From Eledone cirrhosa (lineage: Eukaryota), in assembly GCA_964016885.1 (NCBI GenBank), contig OZ024747.1, positions 14,012,001 to 14,076,000 on the forward strand: 64,000 nucleotides of DNA. Reading direction: 5' to 3'. The position numbers were made by a program, and so were the translations under genes. This document shows positions 53,530 through 64,000 of this stretch, in pieces. The notes under the pieces were generated by a model. The model saw only the letters and a list, made by a program, of their open reading frames with translations. It was not told the DNA's origin and did not search any database. Numbering within the stretch: position 1 is the stretch's first letter; each line of letters begins with the position of its first letter.

Positions 53530-54630
53530 GGAGTGGTTGATCAGTTTGTCTACCTGGGAAGCACTGTCAATCGATACGGCAACCTTGACGGTGAAATCTC
53601 ACTTAGGATTAGGAAAGCAAGTGATGCTTTCGGAAAGCTAGAAAGGCGACTCTGGGGTCGGCGAGACATATGCAGGAGGACAAAGGTAAGGGTGTACAGG
53701 GCATGTGTACTCTCTTGTCTTCTTTATGCCTGCGAGACCTGGGTCACATATCGACGCCACCTTAAGCAATTGGAGCGTTTCCATCAGATGTGTCTCAGAC
53801 GGATACATGGCGTTCGCTGGAGGGACCACATCAGTGATGTCGAGATTTTGGAAAGCTCTATGTGTGACAGTATAGAAGCTCTTGTGCTTAAGCAGCGACT
53901 CCGTTGGAGTGGTCACCTTGCCAGGATGAAGGATTCTAGAATACCAAAACAACTCTTCTATGGAGAGTTGGTTAAAGGAAAACGACCGCCACATAAACCA
54001 AAAAAGAGGTATAAGGATTCCTTGAAGGCCTCTCTGAAAGACGCTAACATCTCTGCTGATACATGGGAAAATATTGCTGCTGATCGTAATAAATGGAGAA
54101 AGACTGTATATGAGGGAAAAGTTGCCTTTGAGGCATCTCGAATCGCACACGAGAAAGTAAAGCGGGACGTGAGGAAGGGTATTGCTGTTGCACTTCCAGA
54201 CGGCGAGGGTCCTCCTATGTTTCTGACATGCAGCGTCTGTGCGAGACTCTGCCTAAGCAAAGCTGGACTCGAAAGTCATCTTCGCAGTCATAAAGTAAGA
54301 CCAGTGGTTGACTACCAGGCTGCTGTTGGAGATGCTACTCATCATGCTTGCCAAACATGTGGTAGAGAATGTAAATCAGCAGGAGGACTCAAGCGACATG
54401 CAAAAGTACACGAACTCCAACCACAGCCGACTATTCCCAGTAAATGTTTTGGTTGCCGACTCTGTGCAAGACATTTTGGATCATTGGCTGGGCTAAAAAG
54501 CCACATTCGATCGCAGCACTGTTAGTTGCTATCGTGTGTGTGTGTAGATATGCTTATGTGCGTGCGTGTGTGTGTATATATATATGAATATGTATATTAT
54601 TATTGTTGTTGTCGTTATTATTATTATTGC

Positions 54631-54676
<46 letters not shown>

Positions 54677-54745
54677 GTTTTTTTTTTTTTTTTTTTTTAT
54701 TGTGCAATGGCCATACTCGATAACGAGGGGGCAGCCATCATCATG
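53530..54745 (+). mobile_element. RTE/BovB-like LINE 3' part with three C-terminal C2H2 fingers
   Basis: Uninterrupted frame FVYLGS...LLYACETW...RLRWSGHLARM...KRYKD followed by three C-x2-C-x12-H-x3-H-type fingers; 3' end ggccatactcgataacgagggggcagccatcatcat; inserted in (TA)n. Confidence 0.93.
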
Positions 54746-54766
54746 TATATATATATATATGTTGTT

Positions 54767-55455
54767 ATACTTGGGAAGGGTCATATATGTGTAATATTGC
54801 CAGAATTAATAACAGAACACACTCACTGTTTAGTTGGTTTTCGCTTTTCGCTTCTGTGTCTTTTATATCGGTAATCTAATTTATTCGGTCCTGACCAACG
54901 GTAAAAAATAATACAGATACAATATAGACACAAACACATAGATATAGTTTATCAAAGTTCTTTCGTTGCACATCTGCAACATCGTCAGTGGTGCTATTGT
55001 TTCCTCCCGTTGCATTGTATTTTCTATGCCATCTTTATTTAATCTGTTTATATATTTATTTATTTGTTTATTTTATTTTGTCTTCTTTGCGCATGCGTTT
55101 GCGTGTGTGTATAGTGTTTTGTTTGATGTGTGTTCGTGATTGGGTGACTGTGTATTGGTTAATGTATTCTATCTTTACTAGTCTGTGTTTATACGTGTTT
55201 GTTGTTATTGTGCTAGTGTATGTATGTATTTATTTATTTATTTATCTATTTATTTATACTTCTCTTAGGTCAGTGTTGTTTGTTTGGGTGTTGTTGTTAT
55301 TCCATTCATTCTTTCTGTTTAGCCCTGGCCTTCTAAGTTCTATTTCGCTGGCCTCTCTGATTTGCCTATCTGCTGGGTCATTTCTATGTTTAGATATTAT
55401 TCTAATTTCTATGTTGTCTATGTTACCGCCGTGTTGTTGTCTGGCATGTTCGTAT
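54767..55455 (-). mobile_element. Penelope-like element 3' fragment (GIY-YIG endonuclease C-terminus, 3' UTR, HHR)
   Basis: Minus-strand peptide [52 protein letters not shown] resembles the PLE GIY-YIG C-terminus (R-x-x-x-E-A...P-x-L-N); HHR downstream. Confidence 0.65.
54951..54992 (-). ncRNA. Minimal hammerhead ribozyme in a Penelope 3' region
   Basis: Minus strand: acca CUGACGA u-guugca-gaug-ugcaac GAAA gaac U U ugau; same family as 33920, stem I has one mismatch. Confidence 0.65.
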
Positions 55456-55460
55456 AGTAC

Positions 55461-55531
<71 letters not shown>

Positions 55532-55779
55532 GTACATACATATATATATATATACATACATATATATATATATATATACATACATATATATATGTATATA
55601 TATTTTAATTTTAATTATATCTCATATAAAATAATACAACTGGCTTTCCACAAAATAAATATAGTTAGCACCCCAAACATAAAATTGGGATTATACTAAG
55701 GTATATCCTAATGTTTGTTGAGTGAGATGGTAGGCAGTCAGAGTATAGCTTAAGGCTTTCTCTGTTAATGTATTGAATA

Positions 55780-57188
<1,409 letters not shown>

Positions 57189-57822
57189 GTCAGGTCACTA
57201 GTTGGTATATATGTCAGGTCACTAGTTGGTGCTACTGGTAACATGTATCCCAGTACAACCTGTCTCATGGTCGGGTCGTTGGCGACTAAACTGGCAACCC
57301 CACCAAGGTTTCTTGGTGAGGAGGGTGACTTTGGACATCCTGCAGGACTAAAAACAAAACCTGTCAAAGGGCAAAGGAGCTCTTAAGAGTCAATGGCCAT
57401 CCAAAATCACCGGGAGAGATGACCCCTTAGCCTTTGTCAAGGCAGAATTCTAGGAGAAGGAAAACTCTGATATAACACCTGCAACTCTGATGGTATCCAA
57501 TGATGTTGACTTGTTCTTCTTTTTGGTAAATATCATCTTGGTTAAGAGAGTGGGACTGGCTTTGTGCAGTGCCTTTGCTCACTATAAAAGCTTCACGGCA
57601 CAGGCATTGCTTTATATCTGGAGATCTCTCTGCACTTGTCGTCACATGGTACCATGGGCCCAGCACTATGTGTCAATAATTGTCACAAGTGTAGTGTTTG
57701 TACCAGAGTTTTCAAGTCGCTGGCTGGACTAAAAAGTCACACTCGTTCAGCGCATTGGTAGGGGTTCTCCTACATGGATATAAAGTAGTGGCCGTACTCG
57801 AAAACGAGTTGGCTGCCACCAT
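57189..57822 (+). mobile_element. Non-autonomous RTE derivative, copy 1
   Basis: RTE-like 5' region, last C2H2 finger (KSLAGLKSH) and a 3' end homologous to 54710-54745. Confidence 0.7.
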
Positions 57823-57915
57823 GTATATATATATGTATGTATATATATATATGTATGTATATATATATGTATATATATATATGTATATGTATGTATGTAT
57901 GTATATATATGTATG

Positions 57916-57963
<48 letters not shown>

Positions 57964-57990
57964 TGTATATATATATATATGTTTATATAT

Positions 57991-58031
<41 letters not shown>

Positions 58032-58087
58032 TATGTATGTATATATATATATATGTTTATATATATATATATATGTATATATATATG

Positions 58088-58118
<31 letters not shown>

Positions 58119-58295
58119 TTATATATATATATATGTATGTTTATGTATGTATATATATGTATGTTTATATATATATATATATATATATGTTTATATATAT
58201 ATGTATGTATATATATATATGTATGTTTATATATATATATATATGTATGTTTATATATATATGTATGTATATGTATGTGTATGTATATATATATG

Positions 58296-58327
<32 letters not shown>

Positions 58328-58392
58328 TATGTATGTATGTATGTGTATGTATATATATATGTATGTATGTATATACATACACATACATACAT

Positions 58393-59337
58393 ACATATAT
58401 ATATATACATATGTCAGGTCACCAGTTGGTGCTACTGGTAACATGTATCCCAGTACAACCTGTCTCATGGTCGGGTCGTTGGCGACTAAACTGGCAACCC
58501 CACCAAGGTTTCTTGGTGAGGAGGGTGACTTTGGACATCCTGCAGGACTAAAAACAAAACCTGTCAAAGGGCAAAGGAGCTCTTAAGAGTCAATGGCCAT
58601 CCAAAATCACCGGGAGAGATGACCCCTTTAGCCTTAGTCAAGGCAGAATTCTAGGAGAAGGAAAACTCTGATATAACACCTGCAACCCTGATGGTATCCA
58701 ATGATGTTGACTTGTTCTTCTTTTTGGTAAATAGCATCTTGGTTAAGAGAGTGGGACTGGCTTTGTGCAGTGCCTTTGCTCACTATAAAAGCTTCACGGC
58801 ACAGGCATTGCTTTATATCTGGAGATCTCTCTGCACTTGTCCTCACATGGGCCCAGCACTATGTGTCAATAATTGTCCTACCATGGGCCTAGCACTATGT
58901 GTCAATAATTGTCCTACCATGGGCCCAGCACTATGTGTCAATAATTGTCCTACCATGGGCCTAGCACTATGTGTCAATAATTGTCCTACCATGGGCCCAG
59001 CACTATGTGTCAATAATTGTCCTACCATGGGCCCAGCACTATGTGTCAATAATTGTCCTACCATGGGCCTAGCACTATGTGTCAATAATTGTCCTACCAT
59101 GGGCCCAGCACTATGTGTCAATAATTGTCCTACCATGGGCCTAGCACTATGTGTCAATAATTGTCCTACCATGGGCCCAGCACTATGTGTCAATAATTGT
59201 CACAGGTGTAGTGTTTGTACCAGAGGTTTCAAGTCGCTGGCTGGACTAAAAAGTCACACTCGTTCAGCGCTTCGGTAGGGGTTATCCTACATGGATGTAA
59301 AGTAGTGGCCGTACTCGAAAACGAGTTGGCAGCCACC

Positions 59338-59340
<3 letters not shown>
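58393..59340 (+). mobile_element. Non-autonomous RTE derivative, copy 2, with an internal 36-bp minisatellite
   Basis: Near-identical to 57189-57822 apart from the expansion at 58847-59201. Confidence 0.7.
58847..59201 (+). repeat. 36-bp minisatellite, about 10 copies
   Basis: catgggcc(c/t)agcactatgtgtcaataattgtcctac. Confidence 0.95.
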
Positions 59341-59368
<28 letters not shown>

Positions 59369-59420
59369 TATGTATGTATGTATATGTATATATATATATA
59401 TATATGTATGTACATGTATG

Positions 59421-59451
<31 letters not shown>

Positions 59452-59495
59452 ATATATATGTATGTATATATATATATGTATGTATATGTATGTAT

Positions 59496-59575
<80 letters not shown>

Positions 59576-59576
59576 G

Positions 59577-59613
<37 letters not shown>

Positions 59614-59614
59614 G

Positions 59615-59647
<33 letters not shown>

Positions 59648-59648
59648 G

Positions 59649-59691
<43 letters not shown>

Positions 59692-59697
59692 ATATAT

Positions 59698-59844
<147 letters not shown>

Positions 59845-59918
59845 TATATGTATGTATATATACATACATATATATATATATATGTATGTATATATATATG
59901 TATATATATATATATATG

Positions 59919-59987
<69 letters not shown>

Positions 59988-60031
59988 GTACGTATATATA
60001 TGTATGTATGTATATATATATGTATGTATGC

Positions 60032-60085
<54 letters not shown>

Positions 60086-60100
60086 GTATATGTATGTATG

Positions 60101-60187
<87 letters not shown>

Positions 60188-60222
60188 GTATGTATGTATG
60201 TATGTATATATATATGTATGTA

Positions 60223-60275
<53 letters not shown>

Positions 60276-60278
60276 GTG

Positions 60279-60309
<31 letters not shown>

Positions 60310-60454
60310 GTATGTATATATATATATATATGTATGTATATATATATATATGTATATATATATGTATATATATATATATGTATATATATATATGTATATA
60401 TATATATATGTATATATATGTATATATATATATATGTATGTATATATATATATG

Positions 60455-60501
<47 letters not shown>

Positions 60502-60612
60502 GTATGTATATATATGTATATGTATATATATATGTATATATATGTATGTATATATATGTATATGTATATATATATGTATATATGTATATATATATATGTA
60601 TATATATATATG

Positions 60613-60672
<60 letters not shown>

Positions 60673-61104
60673 ATCTAAATACATAAAGGTGCATTCATTC
60701 ATCTAACGTAAATGTGTATTTGTGTTATGTAAATATGTGTTTGTATATATATTATGTGTGTATGTATGTTTTTATCTAGATATTTATACCTGCACACACT
60801 CATGCATGTAACGTAAATGTGTGTGTCTGTGTGTGTATATCATGCATGTAACGTAAATGTGTGTGTCTGTGTGTGTGTATATATATATATATATTATGTA
60901 AGAATGTAAATATGTGCTTGTGTTTATATATTATGTAAATGTCTGTGTTTATCTGTGTATGTGTACTTTTATATATATATATATATATAAATGTGTGTAT
61001 ATATATATGAATATATATATATATATGTGTGTGTATATATATATATGCATATATATATATGTATATATATATATGCATATATATATATGTATATATATAT
61101 ATGC

Positions 61105-61136
<32 letters not shown>

Positions 61137-61224
61137 TTTATGTGTGTGTGTATATATATATGTATATATATATATATATATATACACATATATGTGTGTG
61201 TGTATGTATATATATATATGTGTA

Positions 61225-61278
<54 letters not shown>

Positions 61279-61802
61279 AATGTAGGTATGATAGATAATT
61301 TTTGATTGCAACTAAATAGATAGGAGTTGGGCTTAGGGCAGGGGGTGTATTGTAGAGAAGTGACTTTATGATGGGAGAACGGGGGCTGGTGAGGGTTGTG
61401 GTGGTTGGTGAAATTGTATAAGATAGGATGGGAAGTCGGGCGATGGGGGTGGGGGTGGAATAGAGGTATGATGGGAAGGATGGGAGGGGGGAGGAAGGAA
61501 TGAATTGTCAGGACATGAGATGAGAGGTAAAATATAGTGGTTTGAGGTTTGGTTTTTTTTTTCTTTTCTCTTTCGCTGTATGAAAAGGAAGAAGTTTGGC
61601 AAGAAATGGGAGGCTAGGAGAAATGGCAAAAGCTTCCTGGTTTTGCTGAGAATCACTAGTGAATGTATATATTGATTTCTTGTTGTAATATGCACTTACA
61701 AGGAATAAAATGATTGTAGATATAATTTCCTGTACACAGAACACATTTTTCAAAATCCATTATAGAAAACTTGGTTTCGGCTTTGAAAAAAAAAAAAGCT
61801 GT

Positions 61803-61849
<47 letters not shown>

Positions 61850-61945
61850 ATGTATGTGTGTGGATGGATGCAGGGGTAAATGTGTGTATGTAATATTTAT
61901 GAATATTTACATAAATAAGTCTGTGTGTATTTTTAATATCTATCT

Positions 61946-61998
<53 letters not shown>

Positions 61999-62143
61999 CG
62001 TATATTTATATATATGTGTATATATATGTGTATATATATTTATGTATATATATATATGTATATATATATGTCTATATATATATGTATATGTATGTCTATA
62101 TCTATGTATATATCTATATGTGTATATATATATGTCTATATAA

Positions 62144-62185
<42 letters not shown>

Positions 62186-62373
62186 GTATATATATATATA
62201 TGTGTATATATATTTGTATATATGTATATATATATGTATGTATATATATGTATATATATATATATGTGTATATATATTTGTATATATGTATATATATATG
62301 TATGTATATATATCTGTGTATATGTATATATAAATGTGTATATATATATATATATATTTATTTATATATAAAT

Positions 62374-62485
<112 letters not shown>

Positions 62486-62753
62486 GATTTAAAACATATC
62501 TGTACATTTCTAATTGTTGTACATCTATCATATTTTATCTTTTAAGAAAAAAAATATGTGTGTATGTCAAATGAATGAAAGAATAAGAAACCAACAAACA
62601 AACAAACCAACAAACAAACAAACCAAACAAACAAACAAACCAAACAAACAAACAAACTGATAGAGGAATATTAGACAAGTGGACATAGCCTGAATTAATG
62701 TTTACACTTAACTATCACAAGTTTCTCTACATTCGTGTTAGATGTTTTGTGTA

Positions 62754-62845
<92 letters not shown>

Positions 62846-62899
62846 TATACATATATATGTATATATATATATGTATATATATATATATACATATATATG

Positions 62900-62975
<76 letters not shown>

Positions 62976-63233
62976 TCAACCAGAAGTAAAAAGCTCTCTA
63001 TGTAAAAAAAAAAAAAGACATAGCTAATTTATCATGATTCGTTAAAATGTTTTGAGTTTACGAATCATAATGTATATGTATATATATATATGTATGTATG
63101 TATTTATATGTATGTATTTATATATGTATTTAAAAATGTGTATATATTATATATATATATATGTGCATATCTATCTCTTTATACATATGCATATATATAT
63201 ATGCATATATATATATATGTATATATATATATA

Positions 63234-63266
<33 letters not shown>

Positions 63267-63419
63267 GCATATATACATACATATATTTTTATTTCTACAT
63301 TTCTACATACGCTGTTTATGCATACATACACACACACACACTTACATGTATATATATCTATATATATATATATATACATACATACACACGCATATATATA
63401 TATATACATATATTCACAT

Positions 63420-63452
<33 letters not shown>

Positions 63453-64000
63453 CAGAGTGAGCGAGACGATGTACATATGTTAGGTGTCTAGGGTTTGTTC
63501 ACTGCTACTTCACTTTCCTTGTTAACTTGATTTCAATTGCCAAATACTATTACTACCTTTATTTTATCTTGTGCGAAATGAAAACTGGAAGGGAAGAAAG
63601 AAGGAAAGCAAGAAGAGGTTTGGATAGGAAGGAAAGAAAGGAAATAAAAAATATATCTATATTTCCAACTAAACTATAACCTAAACTTCTATTAAAAAAA
63701 AATCTTGTATTTTCTACCCATTGGGTAACCAAATCTTTTGACAAGAAATATATATATATTTTTTTGTATAGTTTGTTTGTTATACATCATACCATCCTCC
63801 AAAATCTATATGGAATGGAATTAAAAATTGGTGTAAATAATATGAAAATTTCCCTCCTGAAAAAAACCAGAATAAAAATAAGACTTACAATGACCACACT
63901 GAATTCATTGCTTAAGCAATTACAAAATGCAATATAACCTCTCACTTATTTTATTTAATTTTTTTTTTTTGTATATTATGCATTATTAATGTTGTTACTG

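Overview
Very AT-rich, microsatellite-saturated eukaryotic DNA whose repeat families suggest a coleoid cephalopod such as Octopus (inference from repeat style, not proven). Nearly all long ORFs in the track are (TA)n/(CA)n/(CAT)n artefacts. The only confident host-gene content is three phase-compatible exons of the GT24 catalytic domain of UGGT on the + strand (11063-11166, 13458-13514, 16575-16806). The rest is LINE fragments (several RTE families, one CR1/L2-group, Penelope-like), tRNA-derived SINEs, Tc1/mariner- and piggyBac-type MITEs, a Helitron-like end, and minisatellites. The main unexplained signal is a dense set of minimal type I hammerhead ribozyme (HHR) motifs, about 6 with a complete or near-complete fold plus several decayed ones, belonging to several unrelated families. 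Many sit in fold-back inverted duplications. The best example is an apparently identical 468-bp tandem array (about 2.5 units, 14810-16022) in a UGGT intron with one HHR per full unit, which fits a retrozyme or Penelope-dependent circular-RNA element. All folds were read by eye and none were tested.
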